Source of the DNA: Actinomycetota bacterium
GTDB lineage: Bacteria > Actinomycetota > Acidimicrobiia > Actinomarinales > Actinomarinaceae
Length of the DNA: 64,000 bases
Assembly: GCA_014384285.1 (NCBI GenBank)
Contig: JACNGE010000014.1
Coordinates: 72,427 to 136,426 of the forward strand
Reading direction: 5' to 3'
Position 1 is the stretch's first letter; every line of letters starts with the position of its first letter. Below are positions 1 through 8,026 of this stretch, one piece after another. The notes under the pieces were generated by a model. It did no database searches. It saw only the letters and a list, made by a program, of their open reading frames with translations, and had not been told where the DNA came from. The position numbers were made by a program, and so were the translations under genes.

Positions 1-651
1 TGTTTGGTCATTGATTACTGAAACGTCGAATATGTTATCTATTTCGAGATACGCGGAATATAATGGCTCAGTTCCAAAAGCTAGAAAACTTGCAGGAATT
101 GTAGGCAACAGTGACTGCAGAAAAAGATATGCTATCTTGCCTGGGTCACTGAGTTGTTTAATTTCTTTAGTTAATCCGATTACTGGAATCCACATATTTA
201 TAGAAACCAAAAGCATCACACCATGTATTAAAAAATGAAAGAGTGTATTTGTGACCATTAGATTAATCACTGTTGTCCAATGCATTCCAACCATAACAAT
301 ATTAAATAGGAAAAAAGCTACGACTGGCTTAGTTGTTATTTGCAATAAAGAGATTAAAGGTTTTATAGAAATTATTTTTTTTTGTGCACTATTTAAGCCA
401 TTAAGAAGGAGAGGCGGTGCAACTAGTGCTAAGACTAAATGTTCAGCTGAATGAACTGAGAATAGATACTTTTCACCAATATCGTGGATAGGCCAGTCAG
501 TGAATAGCCAGAGAATAAACAATCCCGAGTACCAAGATTTTCTTTTATTTTTTTTAATAGCACTATTGTCTGTAGAGTATTCGAAGAAAACTATGAGTGA
601 AATAATGAGTGCCCAGACATCATAATGTGGGTGCCAAACTAAATTATCCAT
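1..651 (-). CDS. ctaG: Cytochrome c oxidase assembly factor CtaG-like (Caa3_CtaG family) polytopic membrane protein. The 3' end is truncated by the window edge.
   Basis: I translated the minus strand myself; this ORF is absent from the ORF track because it runs off the window. It starts ATG at 651..649 and overlaps the upstream ctaF stop by 1 nt (TAATG). The product is hydrophobic and multi-TM (MDNLVWHPHYDVWALIISLIVFF...). Its position directly after ctaC-D-E-F mirrors the Bacillus ctaCDEFG operon. Confidence 0.5.
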   Translation of the reverse strand, partial: MDNLVWHPHYDVWALIISLIVFFEYSTDNSAIKKNKRKSWYSGLFILWLFTDWPIHDIGEKYLFSVHSAEHLVLALVAPPLLLNGLNSAQKKIISIKPLISLLQITTKPVVAFFLFNIVMVGMHWTTVINLMVTNTLFHFLIHGVMLLVSINMWIPVIGLTKEIKQLSDPGKIAYLFLQSLLPTIPASFLAFGTEPLYSAYLEIDNIFDVSVINDQT

Positions 652-986
652 TAAATAAAGTTTGCAGCTGCTCTTTCAAACATGACAATTGCAAATAAGA
701 TGAGTGCTAGAATCATCCCACCTGTAAAGAATTTATTTATTAATGAATTTTCAAATCTTAGATGCATAAACCAGCCAACAACGATGACAAATTTTCCAAC
801 AGCTAAAATTATCAGCAATGGATCAGTAAACACTCCTACGATATCTTCGGTGTAATAAAGAGCAACTTCAATCGCAGTGAGGACACCTAAAACAAGAGCT
901 ATTTGAACATACTGAGTAGGTTTTGGATGGGGTTTGTGATCAACCGACATCAGATTAAGTAAACCACAGTAAATAGAACAATCCAA
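651..986 (-). CDS. ctaF: Cytochrome c oxidase subunit IV, Bacillus-type small subunit (COX4_pro-like)
   Basis: 111 aa with 3 TM segments, following ctaE in the same orientation. Size and position match Bacillus CtaF (about 110 aa). Confidence 0.55.
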   Translation of the reverse strand: MDCSIYCGLLNLMSVDHKPHPKPTQYVQIALVLGVLTAIEVALYYTEDIVGVFTDPLLIILAVGKFVIVVGWFMHLRFENSLINKFFTGGMILALILFAIVMFERAAANFI

Positions 987-1549
987 ACAATATCAACAAA
1001 GTGCCAATACAAAGCTACAAACTCAAGGTTCATTCCACCATCTAAAGAGAGACCTTTTTGTCTTTGTCCAATACTCCAGAGAGCTAGCAATAGAACTACA
1101 CCAATAAATACATGTAATCCGTGGAAACCAGTCAAAACATAAAAAGTTGAACTAAAAATATTTGAGGAGAGCTCAAAACCCTTATGATAAAATTCTGTAA
1201 ATTCATAAATTTGCCCGGCAAGAAATACTGCTCCTAACATAGCTGTAGCTAGTAGCCAAACTCTTGTTTTTTCCTGATCATTACTTTCTAAAGCATTGTG
1301 AGCGAGGACCATTGTTAAAGAACTCATCAACAAAACAAAAGAACTAACAGATGTGAACGGAATATCATAAACATCTGTAAGTTTAATTCCTGGAAAATCT
1401 CTACCTTTGAAGATCATGAATGTTGTAATTAATGTTCCAAAGAAAAGTATCTCTGTAGATAAAAATATCCACATTCCTAGTTTTCTAGTTTCAACTCCTG
1501 TAGGTTCATGAGGATATGAATGAGAGTCACTCATTTTCACCATCTCCAA
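950..1549 (-). CDS. ctaE: Cytochrome c oxidase subunit III
   Basis: 199 aa heme-copper oxidase subunit III. It carries the conserved C-terminal WHFVDIVWIVLF motif and 5 TM helices. Confidence 0.9.
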   Translation of the reverse strand: MEMVKMSDSHSYPHEPTGVETRKLGMWIFLSTEILFFGTLITTFMIFKGRDFPGIKLTDVYDIPFTSVSSFVLLMSSLTMVLAHNALESNDQEKTRVWLLATAMLGAVFLAGQIYEFTEFYHKGFELSSNIFSSTFYVLTGFHGLHVFIGVVLLLALWSIGQRQKGLSLDGGMNLEFVALYWHFVDIVWIVLFTVVYLI

Positions 1550-3488
1550 TGAATTCTTCCTCTAAAGGCTCAGTTCCCCATCCAAAGCTGCCAATGAGAA
1601 TTAGAAGTGTGCCAACAATTGCAAGAGGAAGCATTTTGTAAATTACAGCATATCCTAGAAACGGAAGACCCGAAGCTAAGATAATTGGAAAATAAGATGG
1701 ATTTGGAAGAACTATATCTTCTTTTGGATTCAAGCCTTCTTCTTCGAGTTCTAGCATTAATGCATCAGCAGAATCTTTTCTAACAGGTCTACCATCTTCA
1801 TCTTCATCGTATTTCATATGCCAAAAGTCATCGAGTGATTTCACTTCTGGAGCTTTGGAAAAGTTCCAGACAGGAGTGGGTGAGGGAATACTCCATTCAA
1901 TAGTCCGTGCATCCCATGGGTCAAATCCAGCATCTGGACCTTTTCTTCTGGAATAAATCCAGTTAGCCATGAAGACCAGTATTGAGAGAGCAATTATGAA
2001 TGCACCGATAGAGACAATAAGATTCCAAAAACCCAAATTTGTTTCTTCAGCATACACCCAAGTTCTCCTTACCTGTCCCTGCAGACCAAGCCAATGCATC
2101 GGACCAAAGGTAAGATTAAAACCAATTATCATTAGCCAAAAATGTATTTTTCCAAGTGCTTCGTTATACATTTTTCCCCATACTTTAGGAAACCAGTAAT
2201 AAAGACCAGAAAAAATACCAAACATAGCGCCACCGAAGAGAACATAATGGAAGTGTGCAACAACATAGTATGTATCAGTTTGCTGGGTATCTGCTGGAAC
2301 AATTGAGTGAGTCACTCCACTTAGACCACCAATAACAAACATACCAATAAACCCTAGGGAAAAGAGCATAGGGGTATTTAATTTTAATTTTCCTCCCCAA
2401 ATGGTTCCTAGCCAGTTAAATATTTTGACACCAGTAGGAACAGCAATGACCATTGTCGACAAACCAAAGCCTGCCTGTGCTACAGGACTTATAGCTGATG
2501 CAAACATATGGTGGGCCCAAACACCAAAACCAATAAAAGCTATACCAAATCCTGCAAAGACTATTGCTGGATAACCAAAGAGCGGCTTTCTAGAAAAAGT
2601 TGGTAAAACTTCAGAGACAATCCCAAAAGCAGGAAGTATTAGTATATATACTTCGGGGTGTCCAAATAACCAAAATAGATGTTGCCACAAAATCGGATCT
2701 CCGCCGCCCTCTGTTAAAAAGAATGTTGTACCAAACTGTCTATCAAATGTGACATAAAAGAGCGCTATTGCAATTATTGGAAGGGAAAACGCTAATAAAA
2801 AGGAAACAGCAAATGTCATCCATGTAAATACTGGCATCCTCATTAATCGCATACCTTTTGTTCTCATATTTAATATCGTCGTAATGAAGTTAAATGCTGA
2901 TACTAATGAAGCAATTCCAAGAATCTGAAGACCTATTGCCCAGTAATCCATAGCTGTTCCTGGAGAGTATTTAAACCCAGCATTAGGTTGATATCCAAAC
3001 CAACCACCATTAGGAGCAGAGCCTAATCTACTGACTTCTTCAGCTAGATAACCACCTTGGGGTGCTCCTGCTGTACCAAACAAAAAAGTTGAGTACAGAA
3101 AGACTCCACCAAAAATGAAAATCCAGAAAGAAAGCGCGTTTAGTCTTGGGAAAGCTACATCTCTTGCACCAATTTGCAGAGGTAGAAGATAGTTAAAGAA
3201 GGCGGCACTAATCGGCATAATCGCCAAAAATATCATTGTTGTTCCATGCATTGTAAACATGGCGTTATATTCAGCAGCACTTAAAAAGTTATTGTCTGGT
3301 GAAGCAAGTTGAATTCTTAGCAGTAGAGCTTCTAATCCACCTACAAGTAAAAAGAAGAATGCTGCGTATCCGTACATTATACCTATTCGTTTGTGGTCAA
3401 CGGTTGTTATCCAGCTCCAGATGCCTGTTTCGGAAGAAGGCCTTTTAAAAATATTTGATTGTTTTCTTGGTTCAATAATTTTTGTCAT
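1527..3488 (-). CDS. ctaD: Cytochrome c oxidase subunit I (heme-copper oxidase catalytic subunit) with a C-terminal 2-TM extension
   Basis: 653 aa with classic subunit I motifs (WFFGHPEVYILILPAFG, HHMF, His ligands) and 12 or more TM helices. It overlaps ctaC and ctaE by a few nt. Confidence 0.95.
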   Translation of the reverse strand: MTKIIEPRKQSNIFKRPSSETGIWSWITTVDHKRIGIMYGYAAFFFLLVGGLEALLLRIQLASPDNNFLSAAEYNAMFTMHGTTMIFLAIMPISAAFFNYLLPLQIGARDVAFPRLNALSFWIFIFGGVFLYSTFLFGTAGAPQGGYLAEEVSRLGSAPNGGWFGYQPNAGFKYSPGTAMDYWAIGLQILGIASLVSAFNFITTILNMRTKGMRLMRMPVFTWMTFAVSFLLAFSLPIIAIALFYVTFDRQFGTTFFLTEGGGDPILWQHLFWLFGHPEVYILILPAFGIVSEVLPTFSRKPLFGYPAIVFAGFGIAFIGFGVWAHHMFASAISPVAQAGFGLSTMVIAVPTGVKIFNWLGTIWGGKLKLNTPMLFSLGFIGMFVIGGLSGVTHSIVPADTQQTDTYYVVAHFHYVLFGGAMFGIFSGLYYWFPKVWGKMYNEALGKIHFWLMIIGFNLTFGPMHWLGLQGQVRRTWVYAEETNLGFWNLIVSIGAFIIALSILVFMANWIYSRRKGPDAGFDPWDARTIEWSIPSPTPVWNFSKAPEVKSLDDFWHMKYDEDEDGRPVRKDSADALMLELEEEGLNPKEDIVLPNPSYFPIILASGLPFLGYAVIYKMLPLAIVGTLLILIGSFGWGTEPLEEEFIGDGENE

Positions 3489-4501
3489 TTAAGTGTTCCC
3501 AAATAAGCAATTAGCGCATTAATTTCTTTCTCAGTTAATTCTAGATTAGGCATGAAGGTACCTGGTTTTATTTCAGCAGGATTTGCAAGCCACTTAGTAA
3601 GATTCTCTGGATTATTTTTTAGCGCAGCTCCAGCAAAAACACTTCTGTTTGCAAAGTGTGTAAGATTAGGAGCAATTCGATCACCTTGTACATCCCATAC
3701 ACCATCAATCACATGACACTGGGTACAACCTGCGTTTAAATACACAACTTGACCTTCGGCAGCTAATGAAGATTCTGGCAATTCTTTTTGAGCGTACGAT
3801 TGTTCATTTGCAACCCATGAGGCAAAATCTTCCTCTGTCATTGAAATAACCCTTCCTCGCATTTTTGAATGGCTCAGTCCACAATATTCTCCACATTGAG
3901 CCCAAAATTCTTCAGGAGAATCTGCTTGTAGATTTAGATATGTTGTTTGACCAGGTACAAGATATCTTTTTCCATTTAATTTAGGAACCCAATAATTGTG
4001 CAAAACATCATTTGACCACATTTCAAGCCTTACAGGCCTGTCTTCTGGGATAACTAAAACATTTGCAGTAGTAATTCCAAAGTCTGGATACTTATATTCA
4101 AACCACCATTGATGTCCAATTACTTCAATTTTTAAAGCATCTTCTGGCTCCCTAGCAAGGTCAAAAATTGTTCTAACAGTAGGCACTGCAATTACTGCCA
4201 AAATTAATACTGGAATAATTGTCCAAAGAATTTCTAGAAAATTGTTTCCGTGAATTTGTTTTGGTTCAGGACTGCTTTCTCTTTCTTTAAAGTAAAAAAC
4301 TGAAAAAAGAAGCGCCCCTTGTACTATCGCAAAAACACCAACTGCAATCCAAAAAGTAAGCCAAAAGAGTTCATCTATACTTCTTGCATAGGGCCCAGCT
4401 GGACTTAAGGAGTCAAGCGGAGCATCTTCTATACACGAAGACAAGAAAAGAAAGCTCAGCAAAAAAATTTTTTTATCTTTAAATAATTTCATCTCAAACA
4501 A
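3485..4501 (-). CDS. ctaC: Cytochrome c oxidase subunit II, caa3-type, with a fused C-terminal cytochrome c domain
   Basis: 338 aa with a signal peptide/lipobox-like N-terminus and 2 TM. It has the CuA-region motifs (HNYWVPKL; CGEYCGLSHSKM) and a C-terminal CTQCH heme c binding site. Confidence 0.9.
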   Translation of the reverse strand: MFEMKLFKDKKIFLLSFLFLSSCIEDAPLDSLSPAGPYARSIDELFWLTFWIAVGVFAIVQGALLFSVFYFKERESSPEPKQIHGNNFLEILWTIIPVLILAVIAVPTVRTIFDLAREPEDALKIEVIGHQWWFEYKYPDFGITTANVLVIPEDRPVRLEMWSNDVLHNYWVPKLNGKRYLVPGQTTYLNLQADSPEEFWAQCGEYCGLSHSKMRGRVISMTEEDFASWVANEQSYAQKELPESSLAAEGQVVYLNAGCTQCHVIDGVWDVQGDRIAPNLTHFANRSVFAGAALKNNPENLTKWLANPAEIKPGTFMPNLELTEKEINALIAYLGTLK

Positions 4502-4556
4502 TCCTTTAGGATAGCGTTCAAACTATATATAGTGTAATCATAAGTAGTATGAGTTA

Positions 4557-5444
4557 ATGTTATCAAATAAAATTTCTTTGGTAAAAAAATTTGTAAAACT
4601 CTCAAAACTTAGAGTTGTAGAACTTTTACTGGTCACGACAGTACCTGGTATGATTGTGTCCCTTTACTCAATGCCTCCTCTAACTCTTGTACTATCCACA
4701 CTAGCTGGGGGAACCTTATTGGCTGTTAGTGCAAACGTAATGAATCAGGTGTTTGAAATTGAAAGAGACAAACTAATGCAAAGAACCTCTGACAGACCAT
4801 TAGTAACTGGAGAGCTAACTAGAGCTACTGGAATAGTTTTTTCTGTACTGACTGGAATAATTGGATTTATTGTCTTATATTTACTAACAACTCCAACGGC
4901 AGCTTACATAGGACTTATTGCAAATCAGTTTTACATATTTATTTACACATTAATTCTTAAGCCCAGAACAAATCAAAATATTGTCATTGGCGGTGCAGCA
5001 GGAGCAGCACCAGTTCTAATTGGATGGACGGCAACCGGGAGCACTTTAGATATAGGTGCCTGGTTATTATTTCTATTAGTTTTTATGTGGACTCCAGCAC
5101 ATTTTTGGGCGCTATCAATTGAAAATAAAACAGATTATGAGCAGGCCGATTTTCCAATGCTTCCAACTCAGGAAACTTATGAAAGGTCAACAATATATAT
5201 TGCTATATACTCTTGTGCAACAGTGTTGATTTCAATTGCAGCAGCACCAGTTCTTCAACTCGGAATTATCTATTTGTTAATTGCAGTATTTCTTGGGACG
5301 AATTTAATGTTTAAATCCTATAACCTTTATAAGAAAAGAATCCAACCTATTAAATATTTTGTCTTTTCAAATACATATCTAGCTGTTATATTTCTAGGAA
5401 TAGTTGCAGATATAATGTGGACTTTAAGGGGAGTTGCCGTATGA
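4557..5444 (+). CDS. ctaB: Protoheme IX farnesyltransferase (heme O synthase), UbiA family
   Basis: 295 aa polytopic UbiA-fold protein, divergent from the cta oxidase operon. It carries the typical CyoE/CtaB signatures. Confidence 0.9.
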   Translation: MLSNKISLVKKFVKLSKLRVVELLLVTTVPGMIVSLYSMPPLTLVLSTLAGGTLLAVSANVMNQVFEIERDKLMQRTSDRPLVTGELTRATGIVFSVLTGIIGFIVLYLLTTPTAAYIGLIANQFYIFIYTLILKPRTNQNIVIGGAAGAAPVLIGWTATGSTLDIGAWLLFLLVFMWTPAHFWALSIENKTDYEQADFPMLPTQETYERSTIYIAIYSCATVLISIAAAPVLQLGIIYLLIAVFLGTNLMFKSYNLYKKRIQPIKYFVFSNTYLAVIFLGIVADIMWTLRGVAV

Positions 5445-6271
5445 ATGAATTATTTTTTTCGATAACTTATCCACCCATCCCAATAACAGAAATAGGACCA
5501 GTTGCATTTTCATTACATGGAGTATTTGCAGCTTTAGGTTTTTATTTTGGATCAACTTATGCAATTAAGTTATGTGTAAAAGATGGAGAAGATGATGAAC
5601 TTTTTTCAGATGCCTTTACTTGGGCAATTTTTGGGGCAATCATTGGGGCAAGATTTTTTACAATCCCGGCTCATATTGGCGATCCCGGGTATGGATTAGA
5701 TGATGTATTTTCAGTTGCTGGAAGTTACTCAATAATGGGAGGGATGTCCGGCGGAATAATTGCAGCATATTTTAGAATTGTATTGATAGGCAAAGCAAAC
5801 TTTCAAACCTATAGCGACTATGCAGCTCCAGGATTAATTATGGGTATAGCAATTGGAAGAATTGGTGATTTAGCAATCGTTGAACATCTAGGTAGAGCTA
5901 CGGAGTTTGTTCTTGGATATGAAATTAAACCAGGATATGATGTAGCACCTCAACACAATGCACTTGAGTGTATTGCACCAGAGATTACTTGTGGGACTTA
6001 TCATCATGTCGCTATGTATGACCTTATTCTTGCAACCCTCTTCTTTTTCGTATTTAAATACTTACAAAATAATCTAAATTATGGAAGTGGTTCCTGGATA
6101 GGCTTATGGGCTATTTGGTATGGAATTCAAAGAATGATTTTGGACACATTGAGATTTGGAATGGGAGACGCGACTATAGGTATTTTTACATGGAATCAAA
6201 TTGGTGGAGCAACACTTGCTAGCATCGGTTTACTAGTCTTCCTTAGATTTAAAAATATTAAAACAAGCTGA
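5441..6271 (+). CDS. lgt: Prolipoprotein diacylglyceryl transferase
   Basis: Matches Lgt signature blocks (IGPVA.S.HG, GGMSGG, IAPG..G.AIGRIGD). The ORF track starts it at GTG 5417; ATG 5441 gives an ATGA overlap with the ctaB stop and is the more likely start. Confidence 0.8.
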   Translation: MNELFFSITYPPIPITEIGPVAFSLHGVFAALGFYFGSTYAIKLCVKDGEDDELFSDAFTWAIFGAIIGARFFTIPAHIGDPGYGLDDVFSVAGSYSIMGGMSGGIIAAYFRIVLIGKANFQTYSDYAAPGLIMGIAIGRIGDLAIVEHLGRATEFVLGYEIKPGYDVAPQHNALECIAPEITCGTYHHVAMYDLILATLFFFVFKYLQNNLNYGSGSWIGLWAIWYGIQRMILDTLRFGMGDATIGIFTWNQIGGATLASIGLLVFLRFKNIKTS

Positions 6272-7181
6272 AGATAAATAAAGAATATGCGCCAAGCATT
6301 GAAAAACCTATAAGCGGACTTCTTTTAATCCTACTCCTTGAGATGATTATTACTACTAAAGATACAAAATACATCAGGAACATTTGAACTAATACGTCTA
6401 ACTCAATATTCCCTGGTTGGATAACAATAGATGCACCTCCAACTAAACCTATATTGAATAAATTTGAGCCAAAAATATTACCAAATATTAAGTCTGGTTT
6501 TTTTAACCTTGCAGCTGCAATTGTTCCAGCTATTTCTGGAAGACTTGTTCCAAGAGCAATCACAGTTACTCCAATAATTAACGATGAGATTCCAAATAAT
6601 TCAGCAAGATCTGTTGCATTATTCACAACTAAAGAGCTACCAAATATTGTTGCACCCAATGACAGTACAGCTTTTGGCCAGACATTAGTAATAGTCTCTT
6701 CTAAATATTCCTCATCTTCAATAGCTTCTTCGTTTACCAATCTATATGTAATAGCTGTAACAAGTATGAGTAATGTAACTCCTAAGATAAATGGAAATTC
6801 CTTAATTAAAACATAGCTCGAGACAAAGACTGTCGTTACAACCATCATCCATAGTGGGGAAGTCGGATTTAATTTTATTTTTTTATCATACGTAGCATCA
6901 ATAAATAAATATAACACTGCAACCACAAGCAGTGAGTTTGCAATATTTGAACCAATTATGTTCCCAATTCCTAAAGATAAATCCCCATTAAGTGCAGCAC
7001 CTGTGCTTGCAAACAACTCAGGAGCAGAAGTTCCAAATCCAATAAAAGTAGCTCCAATTATTGATGCAGGAATTTTAAGTTTTAGTGCAATCTGTACTGC
7101 AGACTTCACCATAAGATCTGCACCCTTAACTAAAAGTATAAATCCAGCTGCAAGGCCCAAGAGAATAATTAAAATGTCCAT
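6258..7181 (-). CDS. Ca2+:cation antiporter (CaCA family, YrbG-like Na+/Ca2+ exchanger)
   Basis: 307 aa polytopic protein with two alpha-repeat motifs, GTSAPELFAS and GTSLPEIAGT. Confidence 0.8.
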   Translation of the reverse strand: MDILIILLGLAAGFILLVKGADLMVKSAVQIALKLKIPASIIGATFIGFGTSAPELFASTGAALNGDLSLGIGNIIGSNIANSLLVVAVLYLFIDATYDKKIKLNPTSPLWMMVVTTVFVSSYVLIKEFPFILGVTLLILVTAITYRLVNEEAIEDEEYLEETITNVWPKAVLSLGATIFGSSLVVNNATDLAELFGISSLIIGVTVIALGTSLPEIAGTIAAARLKKPDLIFGNIFGSNLFNIGLVGGASIVIQPGNIELDVLVQMFLMYFVSLVVIIISRSRIKRSPLIGFSMLGAYSLFIFSLF

Positions 7182-7187
7182 TTAATT

Positions 7188-8006
7188 TTAATTTTTTGAA
7201 TCTCTCCAGGCTATCCACTCTTTGACATCTGAAAGGTCATAACCTGGACCATTTACTGCAAGAGTGACTTCTGTTGCGCCAGCCTCGATAAGTTCATCTG
7301 CTAAATCGATTCTTTTGATATCGATCCCAATAGATCTTTTAATTTCTCTAGGATCTCTTCCGATTTCTTTACACCAATTATCTAAAACGTTATTTTTATG
7401 AGCTACAGTTTCGATACCAGACCTTTCTTCAGTTTTTGTAGCAAAACCATGCCAAATGTCTGCATATTGAGCAGTAATCCTTAAGGTAACCTTTTCACCA
7501 CCGCCACCGATTAAAATTGGAATCTTTCTTATTGGCTGAGGATTGAGTTCCTTCATTCTCTTTACAATTCTTTCAAGAGATTTTTCAAGTGCATGCAATC
7601 TTGAAATTGCAGTACCAAATTCATAACCATATTCATCATAATCTTGCTCAAACCAACCAGAACCAATTCCCAGAATTGCTCTGCCGTTAGAAATGTGATC
7701 CACTGTTCTTGCCATATCTGCTAAAAGTTCAGGATTTCTGTAAGAGTTACAAGTAACAAGAGGACCAATGTCTACTCGATTGGTTACCTCTCCCCAGCTG
7801 GAAAGCATTGTCCAACATTCAAAGTGTTTACCTTCTCTTCTTTCCCCTTCATCCCATTGAGTTCCATCCTCTTTATAAAGTGGATAAAAATGATCCCAGT
7901 TATAGATAGCATCTGCCCCAATTTTTTCAGCTTCAATTGCAGCTTGTCTAATTTGGTCGTACTCAGCATGCTGAGGTTGTAAAAAAACTGCTATTCTAGG
8001 TTTCAT
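7188..8006 (-). CDS. Luciferase-like monooxygenase (LLM) class flavin/F420-dependent oxidoreductase
   Basis: 272 aa with the TIM-barrel LLM family N-terminus (PRIAVFL...GADAIYNWDHF). I cannot assign the cofactor from sequence alone. Confidence 0.55.
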   Translation of the reverse strand: MKPRIAVFLQPQHAEYDQIRQAAIEAEKIGADAIYNWDHFYPLYKEDGTQWDEGERREGKHFECWTMLSSWGEVTNRVDIGPLVTCNSYRNPELLADMARTVDHISNGRAILGIGSGWFEQDYDEYGYEFGTAISRLHALEKSLERIVKRMKELNPQPIRKIPILIGGGGEKVTLRITAQYADIWHGFATKTEERSGIETVAHKNNVLDNWCKEIGRDPREIKRSIGIDIKRIDLADELIEAGATEVTLAVNGPGYDLSDVKEWIAWRDSKN

Positions 8007-8026
8007 TTTTAACTCCTGTTCCTATG

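Noticed and set aside
11-454. Two plus-strand ORFs (75 and 67 aa) at the window start
   Set aside because: They are antisense shadows of the minus-strand ctaG-like gene, which gives a long coherent membrane protein. Their composition is odd and they have no RBS.
1527-1800. Idea that ctaD is a genuine ctaD-ctaF gene fusion
   Set aside because: The similarity of the tail to actinobacterial CtaF is only impressionistic. Bacillus-type CtaD proteins are naturally long, and a separate subunit IV gene is present. I kept it only as a low-interest note.
1969-2199. Numerous 60-150 aa ORFs on the strand opposite the large genes (for example 1969..2199, 6454..6816, 9469..9815, 16473..17512, 28121..30067, 54952..55668, 62798..63266)
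   Set aside because: Each lies entirely inside a well-supported conserved gene on the other strand. They have biased low-complexity composition and no start context, which is typical of antisense ORFs in AT-rich DNA.
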